From an uncultured Gammaproteobacteria bacterium (GTDB lineage: Bacteria; Patescibacteriota; Patescibacteriia; UBA2196; GWA2-42-15): a stretch of 64,000 bases of DNA. The position numbers and the translations under genes were made by a program. The notes under the pieces are model-generated. The model searched no databases. It saw nothing but the letters and a program-made list of their open reading frames with translations, and had not been told where the DNA came from. Below, one piece after another: positions 10,454 through 20,237 of this stretch (position 1 is its first letter; every line of letters starts with the position of its first letter). The stretch is from contig CAZNIO010000001.1 in NCBI GenBank assembly GCA_964573135.1, positions 28,612 to 92,611 of the forward strand, in the 5' to 3' direction.

Positions 10454-11308
10454 TTAAATATCTTCTTTTTTGGGTCGACCCTTCTTTTTCTTTGGTTCTT
10501 CCTCATTGTCTTCTTTCTCCTTTTCTTTATCAACCTCTTCTGTTTTTTCTTCTTCTTCCTTTTCTTCATCATCTACTACTGTTTCTTCTTGAGTCTCTTC
10601 TCCAGCCCCTTTATTTTGTAAAAAATTAACTTGATCTGATAAAATACCTACAGCTTCATCAAATGCTTCTTCTGGAGTTACTGAACCATCGGTTTCAACC
10701 ATCAAAATCAGTTTATCCCAGTTGGTCATTTCACCAACACGCACCCTGTCCACTTCGGCTGATACTTGAGTTATTGGCGTGAATATTGCATCCACTGCCA
10801 TATGTCCAATTGGCAATTTTTCTCCACTAAAACCCTCAACTGGTAAATATCCCCTGCCCTTTTCAACTGTAAACTCAACATCAAAATCTGCTGCCTCATC
10901 AGTTAAAGTGGCAATTACCATATCTTTATTAACTAAACTCACCTGTGAAGGTGCTTCAATATCACCTACTGTTACCTTACCTTCACCCGTCTTGTGTAAT
11001 TTCAATGCCAAAGGTTCGTCATGTGTGGCAGTTGCTAGTGGATCTACCTTAACCTTAATCTGTTTAATATTTAACATCACATCAACCATATCTTCCTTAA
11101 CATGCGGCAAACTGGAAAATTCATGATCAGTTCCCTTTATCTTAGCTGTAGTAATAGCTGATCCAGTAATTGAGGACAACAATACGCGCCGTAACATATT
11201 ACCAATAGTAATACCAAAACCTGGATACAAAGGCTCAACAATAAATTCACCCTTGTTGTCACTCTCAGCTTTATATTCAAATTTTTGTGGGACGGGGATC
11301 ATCTCCAT
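10454..11308 (-). CDS. rpoA: RNA polymerase alpha subunit (NTD only, no alpha-CTD)
   Basis: EPLYPGFGITIGNMLRRVLLSS, HEFS, EKGRGY, DAIFTP; ends in acidic/basic low-complexity tail. Confidence 0.96.
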   Translation of the reverse strand: MEMIPVPQKFEYKAESDNKGEFIVEPLYPGFGITIGNMLRRVLLSSITGSAITTAKIKGTDHEFSSLPHVKEDMVDVMLNIKQIKVKVDPLATATHDEPLALKLHKTGEGKVTVGDIEAPSQVSLVNKDMVIATLTDEAADFDVEFTVEKGRGYLPVEGFSGEKLPIGHMAVDAIFTPITQVSAEVDRVRVGEMTNWDKLILMVETDGSVTPEEAFDEAVGILSDQVNFLQNKGAGEETQEETVVDDEEKEEEEKTEEVDKEKEKEDNEEEPKKKKGRPKKEDI

Positions 11309-11331
11309 ATATTTCTAAATTAATTAAATAA

Positions 11332-11961
11332 TTATTTTGAATAATACTCAACAATAAGTCTAGTATCAATTCCTGGATCAAAATCCTTCTCTTGCGGATC
11401 ACTCACCATTGTCACGCCTTGTTCTTCAGGGTCATAACTCAACCACTCAGGAGTACTCTCTGGCTTTATACTTTCAAAAACGCCATCAAATGCAACTGAT
11501 TTTTTACTCTTTTCCTTAACAGTAATCATATCTTTTTCTTTCAACCCGTATGAAGGAATGTTCACTTTTCTACCATTTATCATAAAATGTGCATGATTGA
11601 TCAATTGGCGAGCCTTGCCACGAGATACTGCTAAACCTGATTTATATACTACATTATCAAATCTTTTCTCAAGTAAGGTTAAAAAATTAACTGATACATT
11701 GCCTTTCATAGCTAAGGCTTTTTTAAAATAATTTCTAAATTGTTTCTCATCTACACAATAGCTTTTTTTAGCGCGCTGTTTAGCTTGCAATTGCTTGCCA
11801 TATTCCGTAACTTTCACAAATCCCTTTTGGCCATGCAGACCAGGAGGATAATTCTTCTTAACCATAGCGCATTTAGCGCCAAAACATCGCTCACCCTTAA
11901 GGAAAAGCTTTTCACCTACACGTCTGCATTGTCTACATTTTGGATCTAAATTTCTACCCAT
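11332..11961 (-). CDS. rpsD: 30S ribosomal protein S4 (Zn-binding type)
   Basis: CRQCRR..KLFLKGERC, LEKRFDNVVY, IVEYYSK. Confidence 0.98.
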   Translation of the reverse strand: MGRNLDPKCRQCRRVGEKLFLKGERCFGAKCAMVKKNYPPGLHGQKGFVKVTEYGKQLQAKQRAKKSYCVDEKQFRNYFKKALAMKGNVSVNFLTLLEKRFDNVVYKSGLAVSRGKARQLINHAHFMINGRKVNIPSYGLKEKDMITVKEKSKKSVAFDGVFESIKPESTPEWLSYDPEEQGVTMVSDPQEKDFDPGIDTRLIVEYYSK

Positions 11962-11980
11962 GTTTTTTGTTTAATAATAT

Positions 11981-12391
11981 TTATACTCTTCTTGGTTTCT
12001 TAGGACGACAACCGTTATGTGGAACTGGTGTCACATCTTTAATACCAGCTATATTAATACCATTTATAGAAAGTGCTCTCACAGCCGCCTCTCTTGCCGG
12101 GCCAATACCTGACACGTAAGCATCCACTTCACGTACGCCTGCTCCTTTAGCTTTATCAACCACTGCTTTAACAACTACTCCAGCAGCATAAGGCGTAGCC
12201 TTTTTAGCGCTTTTAAATCCGCATCTGCCAGCAGATGACTGTGCAATAACCCCACCATTCAAATCAGTAATACTTACAATAGTATTATTATATGTTGATT
12301 TAACATAAGCTCGACCCCTGCCTTTAAGCAAGCGTCTAATCACGTTCTTCTTTTTCTTTCTTACTACTTTTTTCTTTTTTTCGTCTGCCAT
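11981..12391 (-). CDS. rpsK: 30S ribosomal protein S11
   Basis: STYNNTIVSITD, KKATPYAA, DVTPVPHNGCRPKKPRRV. Confidence 0.98.
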   Translation of the reverse strand: MADEKKKKVVRKKKKNVIRRLLKGRGRAYVKSTYNNTIVSITDLNGGVIAQSSAGRCGFKSAKKATPYAAGVVVKAVVDKAKGAGVREVDAYVSGIGPAREAAVRALSINGINIAGIKDVTPVPHNGCRPKKPRRV

Positions 12392-12399
12392 ATATTTTC

Positions 12400-12789
12400 T
12401 TAAGTTTTTTGTGCAGCTGATATTCTACCAGAACCCGCGGTTCTACGTACGTTTCCTCTAACAGTGCGTGAATTAGTTTTGGTTCGCTGTCCGCGTACCG
12501 GCAATCTCTTGGCATGACGTGAACCTCTATGGCTGTTAATCTCTTTTAAACGTTTAATATTACCCATTACTTCGCGCCGAAGTTCACCCTCTACTCTATG
12601 TTTAGATTCAATCACTTTACGCAGAGCTGCTACTTGACTATCATCAATATCTTTACATTTCATATTGGCATCCAATTTGGCCTCTTCAATAATTTTAACT
12701 GACATTGTACGACCAATACCAAAAATATAGGTTAAGCCTATTTCTAATTTTTTTTCATTTGGTAAATTAACTCCAACAATTCTTGCCAT
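12400..12789 (-). CDS. rpsM: 30S ribosomal protein S13
   Basis: MARIVGVNLP, LTYIFGIG, LPVRGQRTKTNSRT. Confidence 0.98.
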   Translation of the reverse strand: MARIVGVNLPNEKKLEIGLTYIFGIGRTMSVKIIEEAKLDANMKCKDIDDSQVAALRKVIESKHRVEGELRREVMGNIKRLKEINSHRGSRHAKRLPVRGQRTKTNSRTVRGNVRRTAGSGRISAAQKT

Positions 12790-12794
12790 ATATT

Positions 12795-12908
12795 TTAACC
12801 TTGTCTCTGTTTATGTCGAGGATTCTTGCAAATCACAAACACCCGCCCTTTGCGGCGGATTACTTTACAATCTCGGCATATTTTTTTTACAGAGGCTCTT
12901 ACTTTCAT
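12795..12908 (-). CDS. rpmJ: 50S ribosomal protein L36
   Basis: Manually translated: [37 protein letters not shown] (37 aa, below ORF track cut-off). Confidence 0.97.
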   Translation of the reverse strand: MKVRASVKKICRDCKVIRRKGRVFVICKNPRHKQRQG

Positions 12909-12953
12909 TTTAAATAAACTAAATATTAAAAAATAATAATCTTTATAGAAAGA

Positions 12954-13223
12954 TTATTGTCTATAAACCACCCGGCCCTTGGTTAGATCATACGGTGAAA
13001 TCTCCACCTTAACTTTATCCCCTGCTAAAAGCATTATTCGATGCATTCTCATCTTACCCGCAAGACTCGCAATAATCTCCTGGCCATTGTCTAAAACTAC
13101 CCTAAACTTAGCCCCGGGCAAAAGTTCAGTTACTTCACCTTGAGCTTCAATAAAGCCCTTCCTATTTATATTAAATTGGTCGGACTCTTGATTATTATTG
13201 GTGTTTTGATCGTTTTCCTCGAT
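12954..13223 (-). CDS. infA: Translation initiation factor IF-1 (start uncertain; candidates ATC at 13223 or TTG at 13256)
   Basis: [41 protein letters not shown]; no in-frame ATG upstream of the conserved core. Confidence 0.93.
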   Translation of the reverse strand: MEENDQNTNNNQESDQFNINRKGFIEAQGEVTELLPGAKFRVVLDNGQEIIASLAGKMRMHRIMLLAGDKVKVEISPYDLTKGRVVYRQ

Positions 13224-13340
13224 ATTAATACAATTTTTATTTTTAAAGATTAGCAAAAATTATGACTATCTAATATAGTCAATTTATCTTCAAATATTAA
13301 ACTATTATTCAATATATTCAAATTTAACAATATATGTATA

Positions 13341-13368
13341 ATTATACAGAAATACAGATTTCTGTCAA
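13341..13368 (-). promoter_or_regulatory. Sigma70-type promoter of the infA-rpoA operon
   Basis: TTGACA-16 nt-TATAAT, perfect consensus hexamers. Confidence 0.8.
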
Positions 13369-13372
13369 TTGT

Positions 13373-14587
13373 TTACCTGAAATTAAGTAAAACATTGATT
13401 CTATTGCCATTTTCCGGTATTTTATTAGTCACACTATAGCTGAATTTAAAACGCACATCTTTAATGTTATCCCTTTCAAGTAATAACCGCCTGGCTTCAA
13501 ATTCAGTCAAACCTTTTAACTCATCCTTTATCTTATCTATATATATAGGTAAAGACACCTGATTTTCAGCATGAATTTTAAGGGTTGCTAAAGCTTTAGA
13601 AATATCCACACTTTCCACCTCAACCTCAAATACATCCCGGGAAGTTTCCACAATCTTCTTGTTCTCATCAACTTCACTCTCTATTTTCCGCGCAATCATA
13701 TCTCTAACAATTGCCCCATCCCATACCAATGCGCTCCCTGTCATTTCAATTTTCATCTCAAACTCCTCAATCTCTTCTTCAAGTTCAACTGCTTTCTCTG
13801 TGTTTATAACTTCAAAATTAATTAAATCATCATACAATACCTGACTTTCAGATAATCTATCTTCGATTTTTGATTTCAATTCAGGCTCTAAACTTTCTCG
13901 TAAAGTTTTTTCAGCCTTATCCAAATCATCTTGGGACACCACTTTAATCACTTTTGAGGTTCCACCTTCTAATCTTGTCTTTACTTCCCCATATATCTTA
14001 TTTTGTTTTGAAAATGCTAGGTCTATTATAGTTAATCTGCCGGGATTTATATTGCCTTCTTCTCCAGCTTCTTTAGCCTCAACTTGGGCTACCAATGTTC
14101 CATAAACTATGGTGCCCTCAGCTGATACTTCAGCTTTTGGAATTTCTGCCACCCCTTTTAGAAAAAAAACAACACCATCATCTGATACCAAACTATTTAG
14201 CGTAGTTAAGGGCTGTACCAGCCCTGTTTGGTTATAGAAAACAACTTCACCCGAAGCCTTATCCCCCACGTTCTTTTCCCCGCTTGTTTTAAATGTTTTT
14301 TTCAAATTTCCATCCACATCAACCATTTCTCCCGGCATCTTATTATTCACCAAATCTTCTTTAGTTAAATTCCCATCAATTGTAATATTTAAATCATTTA
14401 CCTTGGTTTCTGTTTCTGGCACAATCGTTACTTCTACTTCAGGAAAGACATAAATGAATAAAGCTACAATCAAAGCAAAAAACAACAAAAAAACAAACAC
14501 TCGCCACACCTTGGACTTCTTTTTACCCTGTCTGGTGCCATAATAGTGCTCGCCTATCTGCTTTTTCTTGTAGTCGTATCTGCTCAT
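13373..14587 (-). CDS. Membrane-anchored protein with baseplate J-like domain (family common in CPR)
   Basis: Single TM, 'ASGEVVFYN', 'VEAKEAGEEGNI', 'GGTSKVIKVVSQDDLDKA' motifs recalled from this family. Confidence 0.55.
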   Translation of the reverse strand: MSRYDYKKKQIGEHYYGTRQGKKKSKVWRVFVFLLFFALIVALFIYVFPEVEVTIVPETETKVNDLNITIDGNLTKEDLVNNKMPGEMVDVDGNLKKTFKTSGEKNVGDKASGEVVFYNQTGLVQPLTTLNSLVSDDGVVFFLKGVAEIPKAEVSAEGTIVYGTLVAQVEAKEAGEEGNINPGRLTIIDLAFSKQNKIYGEVKTRLEGGTSKVIKVVSQDDLDKAEKTLRESLEPELKSKIEDRLSESQVLYDDLINFEVINTEKAVELEEEIEEFEMKIEMTGSALVWDGAIVRDMIARKIESEVDENKKIVETSRDVFEVEVESVDISKALATLKIHAENQVSLPIYIDKIKDELKGLTEFEARRLLLERDNIKDVRFKFSYSVTNKIPENGNRINVLLNFR

Positions 14588-14713
14588 ATAACTACGGTTA
14601 TTATATCAATTTTAGCTTTAATGTCAAAAATTGGGGAATAATAAAAGAGATTCAATATTTACATGAATCTCTTTTATTTCGTAATTTTTTTGATCGCTTT
14701 TTTGTTTTAAAAA

Positions 14714-16189
14714 TTATTTCATCAATATCATTTTTTTTGTTTGAGCCAAACCGTTGGCATTCAGACAGTAAAAATACACACCAGAATACTGACCAACTGC
14801 ATTCCATTGAACTTTGTAAATACCAGCTACTTTTACACCGTCAACAAGTACCGCAACTTCCTGTCCAATTGAGTTATAAATTTTGAGAGAAACCTTTCCG
14901 GATTGCGGTACATAAAATTCAATGGCTGTTACCGGATTAAATGGATTTGGATAATTTTGCAGCAACGAAAATCCATTGGGTTGTCCGAGCATTTTTTCTT
15001 CATTAACATCAGTAGCACTTCCAGGCCATTCTGGCGGAGATGGTGGTAAAAACCCTGGATCACCAGGAGGCATATAATCTCCTGCCAAAACATAGCCCTC
15101 ATCATGTTTTATTTTCGTTAGCCCCAAAGACGGCTTTGTAAAAAGCAAAACGCATGAGTGAGACGCGTAAAACCACAATCCATGACCAGGTTTTGTTATA
15201 TCATCAGGACCAATCATTGTATAACCCTGATACCCATACTCAAACAAATATATTTGAAAGTCAGGTTCTCCGGGTGGCGGCAATATAAATAAAGATTGAC
15301 TCAATTCTGCAGAAAAACCAGGATAAGCTACCATGTGCCACTCTCCCTTTTCAAGGGAAACACTATCACTTTCGCTACCCAAAAGAATCAAGGCGCTGTT
15401 TCGCACATCTCCCTGCCAAAATGCCAACTCGCCATAATTCGCCATCCAAAACACATTATCTACTCTACTCGCATTGCGTGTAGGATTCCCAAACAGAATA
15501 TCAGATTGGCAATATTGACTATTTCCGCTTACATCCTCGTAAAAAACATATTCGCCAGCCATATTCGCAAAAACTTGTGTAGCAATAATATTTTCCGGTA
15601 AATATGTTGGAATACCCACCATGGTCCATCCATAACCATAGTATGACCTGAACCCTTCACGAATGGTGATTGTACAAATATGCAACATGGTAAAATTAGG
15701 CGACAACCAAACCGTAGAATTAGCCTGATCTCCAATAAAATATACCATGTTGTCACCAGTGTTTATCTCCACTCTTAATGTATCAAAATTTTGCCAATTA
15801 TTAGTCAAATCAAGCATAATTCTATACTCAATCTCAGTATTGGCCGGCTGGACAAATGGACTAAAATAAATCCTTCCGCTAACAAAATTAATACTGTCTA
15901 CGGTAGACACCACGCCGTACTGAGTGGCAATCCGCATACTATTAAGATCATCGCCAGTGGCAACCAATGAATTCAATTCATACGACAACACAGGGGACCA
16001 GCCCACACTACTAAATTCACTACTACTATCCGCCATTGTGTTTAGTTTAAAATAATTGAGCAGAGAAGTCTCTCCGGGCAAGTTAGTGTGATCGGTCCAC
16101 TCCTCAAAATCAATCCATGCCTCCTGCGCAAAAACCGGCATAGACAACAAAAAAACAACGAGCAACAAAACTACAATTTTATGTACCAT
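14714..16189 (-). CDS. Secreted protein with T9SS type A C-terminal sorting-like domain
   Basis: Signal peptide; C-terminal LLQNYPNPFNP..IEF...VSLKIYN..GQEV..L...WNA...SGVYFY.L.....KKMILMK; GGAGG SD before ATG 16189. Confidence 0.8.
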   Translation of the reverse strand: MVHKIVVLLLVVFLLSMPVFAQEAWIDFEEWTDHTNLPGETSLLNYFKLNTMADSSSEFSSVGWSPVLSYELNSLVATGDDLNSMRIATQYGVVSTVDSINFVSGRIYFSPFVQPANTEIEYRIMLDLTNNWQNFDTLRVEINTGDNMVYFIGDQANSTVWLSPNFTMLHICTITIREGFRSYYGYGWTMVGIPTYLPENIIATQVFANMAGEYVFYEDVSGNSQYCQSDILFGNPTRNASRVDNVFWMANYGELAFWQGDVRNSALILLGSESDSVSLEKGEWHMVAYPGFSAELSQSLFILPPPGEPDFQIYLFEYGYQGYTMIGPDDITKPGHGLWFYASHSCVLLFTKPSLGLTKIKHDEGYVLAGDYMPPGDPGFLPPSPPEWPGSATDVNEEKMLGQPNGFSLLQNYPNPFNPVTAIEFYVPQSGKVSLKIYNSIGQEVAVLVDGVKVAGIYKVQWNAVGQYSGVYFYCLNANGLAQTKKMILMK

Positions 16190-16393
16190 AAAATCCTCCA
16201 AAAAAATATTTAGATTAAAATTTAACTCCCCTTTATGAGGAATTTTTTAAATTATTTATTTCTGCTTACAAAAAAGCGATCCAGCCACTTTACCATAAAT
16301 CCTCAAAAATGTCAAGAGTTAAACTAAAATTAGCTAAAAAAGAAAAAATACCCGTTATTTACGGGTATTTAAATATATACCTAAAATATACTA

Positions 16394-17341
16394 TCAATCC
16401 GTTTCATCCACTATCTCTATCTTTAAAACCTCTTCAATTACATCTTCTAAGGTTACCAATCCTTGAAATTCACCTTTCTTATCCTCAACCAATGCAATAT
16501 GCAACTTATTCTTTATAAAATCATTAAGAAGTTTATCTAATTTAGTACTAGTTTTTACATGCACTAATTTATGCTTATGGCATAATTTACCCACCTTTTC
16601 TTGACCCACATGACCCAATAAATCTTTTACATAGAGTATTCCAACTATATGGCTCTCGCTCTTATGGAATACCGGAATTCTTGTATGTCCCCTCTTTTTG
16701 ATTTTAGCTATTAATTTTTCATCAAACACCTCATCTTCGTTAATAGTATAAACTTTATCTCTTCCTGTCATTATCTCCCCTGCTTGCTTTTCTGAATAAG
16801 TTAAAGCTCCCCTAATAATCCTCTCTTCATCCCTATCTATATCACTCTCTTTAGAATCTTCGTGTTCTTCAATAATTTTTACCAATTCTTTCTTGGAATA
16901 AACTGTCGGCATCTCGGCTCCCAATGTTTTATCAAGTACCCAAGCAATTGGTGCACAGATTGGATAAAGGAGGACTATGAAAATTTTAACTATCCAAGCA
17001 GTTTTAGCTCCTACTTCAAGAGCATACTTAGCGAATGAAGCTTGTGGAATAATTTCACCAAAAATTACAATTAAACCAGTAGCCACAAGCCCGGCCATAA
17101 ACCCACTCGCAATATCTCCTAAAAATATAGCCAAAGCTGAATTAACTGCCACATTCCCTAAAAGCAAAGTACATAAAAGTAAATTTCCTTTTTTGCGCAC
17201 GCTATACACCTTCTTGGCTTTCTTGTCACCCAGCTCAATCTTTCTCTCAAGCTCGCCCTTACTCAAACTTAATAATCCCAAAGTTAATCCTGAAAAAAGA
17301 CCAGAAAAACCTACTAAAATTATTACAATTAAATATGTCAT
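16394..17341 (-). CDS. CNNM (DUF21) + CBS domain protein
   Basis: FSGLTLGL, LLCTLLLGNVAVN, FGEIIPQ, GHTRIPV, GLVTLEDVIEE. Confidence 0.92.
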   Translation of the reverse strand: MTYLIVIILVGFSGLFSGLTLGLLSLSKGELERKIELGDKKAKKVYSVRKKGNLLLCTLLLGNVAVNSALAIFLGDIASGFMAGLVATGLIVIFGEIIPQASFAKYALEVGAKTAWIVKIFIVLLYPICAPIAWVLDKTLGAEMPTVYSKKELVKIIEEHEDSKESDIDRDEERIIRGALTYSEKQAGEIMTGRDKVYTINEDEVFDEKLIAKIKKRGHTRIPVFHKSESHIVGILYVKDLLGHVGQEKVGKLCHKHKLVHVKTSTKLDKLLNDFIKNKLHIALVEDKKGEFQGLVTLEDVIEEVLKIEIVDETD

Positions 17342-17345
17342 ATAT

Positions 17346-19109
17346 TTATTCTAAAATTGCCTTTATTCTTCTCACTCCTGCTGAGCTTGACTCTTCCTTT
17401 AAAATCTTAAATGTTCCAAGTTCTGCAGTATTCTTAACATGCGGCCCCCCGCAAATTTCCTTAGAATAATCCCCCATAGAATATACCTTTACCTTTTCTC
17501 CATATTTATCTCCAAATATTCCCACTGCTCCTTGCTTCTTAGCTTCTTCCACACTCATCTCATCTTGTTTAATATCCAATCCTTTTTTAATCTTTGTATT
17601 AACAATATCTTCCACCTTCTTCTTCTCTTCATCACTCAATTTTTCACCATGTGAAAAATCAAAGCGTAGTCTTTCCCCGGTAATATTAGAGCCTCTCTGT
17701 TCCACACAATCCCCCAAAACTTCTCTCAAGGCAGCTAGCAGTAAATGCGTAGCTGTATGATATTTTATAGTATCCCCGCTTTCACCGCCTAATCCACCTT
17801 TAAATTTACCTGCCGTTGCACTGCGTGATAAATCCTGATGCTTTTTAAACTCATCTTCAAACCCTTGTTTATCTACCTTAAATCCCTGCTCTTTAGCCAA
17901 TTCTTCCGTTAATTCCCAAGGAAAACCATAAGTTTGGAATAAATCAAATACCAACTTTGAATTAAATTTTTTACCCTTAATTTTCTTTACTTCTTTATTA
18001 AATATTTTTAATCCTTGTTGCAAGGTTTTAGTAAACTTTTCTTCTTCTACTTCAAATAAAGATAATACCCGTTCCTTATTCTCCTCAAGCTCTTCATATA
18101 TCTCGCTCATCATCTCAATTGCCACTTGTGACACTTGGGCAGTAAAATTATCCTTTATACCAATCATTCTACCATGTCTAATAGCTCGACGTACTAATTT
18201 GCGTACCACATAACCCGCATCCACATTTGATGGCTCAATCAAAGCCTTGTCGGCCATGATAAAGGTAGCGGCCCGTACATGGTCAGATATAATTCTCATT
18301 GAGCGCTTTACCTCTTCACTCTCTTCATATTCCTTACCACTCAACTTCTCAATTTTTTTAATTATAGGTAAAAACAAGTCTGTCTTGTAATTATCATCCA
18401 ATCCATTCATAACGGCCAATAATCTTTCAAGCCCTGTACCATTATCAATATTCTTTTGTTTAGCCTCAACATATTTGCCTTTGCCTACTTTTTCATAACT
18501 CATCAGTACATCATTACCAATTTCAACCCATCTTGAATCTTCTGGATCAAATTCATCAGGTACTTTACTCTCATCCATCCAATAATGTGGCTCAGTATCT
18601 GGTCCGCACGGTCCGCCAGTGCCACTCGGCTCCCACCAGTTATCTTCCACATATTTAATCCTCTTTTCATCAATACCAATCTTTTGCCACAACTCATATG
18701 ACTCTTCATCCTTTTCCGCATCCTTATTACCCCCAAATACCGTAAAGGCTAATTTCTCTTTTTCTAATCCTAATTCTTTAGTTAAAAACTCATAGGTCAT
18801 TTGAATAGCTTCTTTTTTAAAATATTCTCCCAGCGACCAATGCCCCAGCATTTCAAAAAAAGTATGATGTGTCTTGTCCCCCACTTCATCAATGTCCCCT
18901 GTTCTAACGCACTTTTGTGCGTTAACTAATCTGACGCCACCAGGATGTTTTTCCCCGCACAAAAACGGCACCAAGGGCTGCATGCCTGCTGTTATAAAAA
19001 GAGTGGAAGGATCATTTTCCGGCAAAACAGAAGCTGACGGGATAATAGTATGACCCCGACTTGCAAAAAAATCTATATACTTTTGTCGCAATTCTTTAGA
19101 ACTAATCAT
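17346..19109 (-). CDS. alaS: Alanine--tRNA ligase (short form lacking C-Ala domain)
   Basis: LFITAGMQP, HHTFFEMLG, GPCGPDTE, HTATHLL, EICGGPHV, AGVRRIKA then stop. Confidence 0.96.
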   Translation of the reverse strand: MISSKELRQKYIDFFASRGHTIIPSASVLPENDPSTLFITAGMQPLVPFLCGEKHPGGVRLVNAQKCVRTGDIDEVGDKTHHTFFEMLGHWSLGEYFKKEAIQMTYEFLTKELGLEKEKLAFTVFGGNKDAEKDEESYELWQKIGIDEKRIKYVEDNWWEPSGTGGPCGPDTEPHYWMDESKVPDEFDPEDSRWVEIGNDVLMSYEKVGKGKYVEAKQKNIDNGTGLERLLAVMNGLDDNYKTDLFLPIIKKIEKLSGKEYEESEEVKRSMRIISDHVRAATFIMADKALIEPSNVDAGYVVRKLVRRAIRHGRMIGIKDNFTAQVSQVAIEMMSEIYEELEENKERVLSLFEVEEEKFTKTLQQGLKIFNKEVKKIKGKKFNSKLVFDLFQTYGFPWELTEELAKEQGFKVDKQGFEDEFKKHQDLSRSATAGKFKGGLGGESGDTIKYHTATHLLLAALREVLGDCVEQRGSNITGERLRFDFSHGEKLSDEEKKKVEDIVNTKIKKGLDIKQDEMSVEEAKKQGAVGIFGDKYGEKVKVYSMGDYSKEICGGPHVKNTAELGTFKILKEESSSAGVRRIKAILE

Positions 19110-19116
19110 AAAATAT

Positions 19117-19389
19117 TTACTTATAGACCTTATGGTCTCCGACATCCAAAAAGAGCACTTGATTATCATTTATAAATACAAACATAACTCGCAAACGCGG
19201 GGTAAGCGAAAACGACCACCGGTCTCTTAATTTTCCCTTAAGTTTATGTATCCTTAAAATTGGGTCAAAACAATTCACCCTAAAAATTTTTTCCTTCTTC
19301 CGGGCTATAACTCTCTCTATATTACTTAATTTCTTATACGACCTGACAAAATGAGATGCATAATCTATTTTTTTAATAGCTTTTTGCAT
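19117..19389 (-). CDS. RelE/YafQ-family toxin
   Basis: FVRSYKKL, LRIHKLKGKL..RWSFS, DVGDH; downstream of an antitoxin gene. Confidence 0.85.
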   Translation of the reverse strand: MQKAIKKIDYASHFVRSYKKLSNIERVIARKKEKIFRVNCFDPILRIHKLKGKLRDRWSFSLTPRLRVMFVFINDNQVLFLDVGDHKVYK

Positions 19390-19393
19390 AAAA

Positions 19394-19675
19394 CTAATCC
19401 AAATCAGCCAAAGATTTTAAAGTTTTGGTCTTGCCCGTCCTATATTCTTCTTCTCCCTGGCGAGCTATATCCAAAGCCTCATCTTCTGTCATCTCTCTGT
19501 CTCTAACAATTTCTTCAAAAAAATCAGGGGCCAACAAGACTGCGGTCGGCTTATTCTGAGTGAGGATATATAGAGGCTCATGGGTCTCCTTTATATACTC
19601 AAACAACTCTTTATATTTTCTCTGAAGATCCCTAACAGAGGCTGTTTTAGGCATTATTTTTGTTGCTACAGGCAT
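19394..19675 (-). CDS. Phd/YefM-family antitoxin
   Basis: SVRDLQRKYKELF...EPLYILTQNKPTAVLL; own TTGACA-17-TATAAT promoter. Confidence 0.85.
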   Translation of the reverse strand: MPVATKIMPKTASVRDLQRKYKELFEYIKETHEPLYILTQNKPTAVLLAPDFFEEIVRDREMTEDEALDIARQGEEEYRTGKTKTLKSLADLD

Positions 19676-19733
19676 AATTACAATTTTAATTACTTATATT
19701 GTCATTATATTTTATATAAAATTATATGTCAAA

Positions 19734-20147
19734 TTAATGACAACCCTCGTCAATCGCATCATTCACCAGCTTATCAGCCAACTTATTCTTCTCTCTCCTA
19801 ACATGGCTAAAAGTAACTTTCTTAAAATTATGTTTTAAATTATATACTTTAACAAACAACTTACCAAGCGCTACATTCTTCACCTTATATTCACCCTTTA
19901 TCTGCTTAACAATTAATTCTGAATCTAAATAAAAATCAATTGTCTCTGGCCCCAGTTCCTTGGCTTTTTCCAAAGCCAAAACCACAGCCGAATACTCCGC
20001 CACATTATTTGTGGCTTCACCTAAATATTTCTTATGAGTTGCTATAACCTCACCTTTGGGGGACATTATAGCGACACCAGCGCCTGCTGGCCCTGGATTA
20101 CCTCTGGCTCCACCGTCTGTGTATATAACTAGATGTTTATTGTCCAT
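19734..20147 (-). CDS. rnhA: Ribonuclease HI family protein
   Basis: YTDGGARGNPGPAG, TNNVAEY, DSELIVKQ, HVRREKNKLAD. Confidence 0.93.
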   Translation of the reverse strand: MDNKHLVIYTDGGARGNPGPAGAGVAIMSPKGEVIATHKKYLGEATNNVAEYSAVVLALEKAKELGPETIDFYLDSELIVKQIKGEYKVKNVALGKLFVKVYNLKHNFKKVTFSHVRREKNKLADKLVNDAIDEGCH

Positions 20148-20237
20148 GTATACTTATCTTAAACTAAATTAAGCAAAAAGTAAAAGCGCTGCGGTAAATT
20201 CACACAACACTTTTTTAAAATCGCTTGCCGATCAATA

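Noticed and set aside
13373-14587. Baseplate J-like protein as evidence of a prophage or contractile system
   Set aside because: No other phage or tail genes nearby; membrane-anchored solo homologues are common in CPR
17346-19109. AlaRS lacking C-Ala (and short L13 and ATP synthase delta) as pseudogenes
   Set aside because: Catalytic and editing motifs are intact and the stops are clean; short forms are usual in CPR
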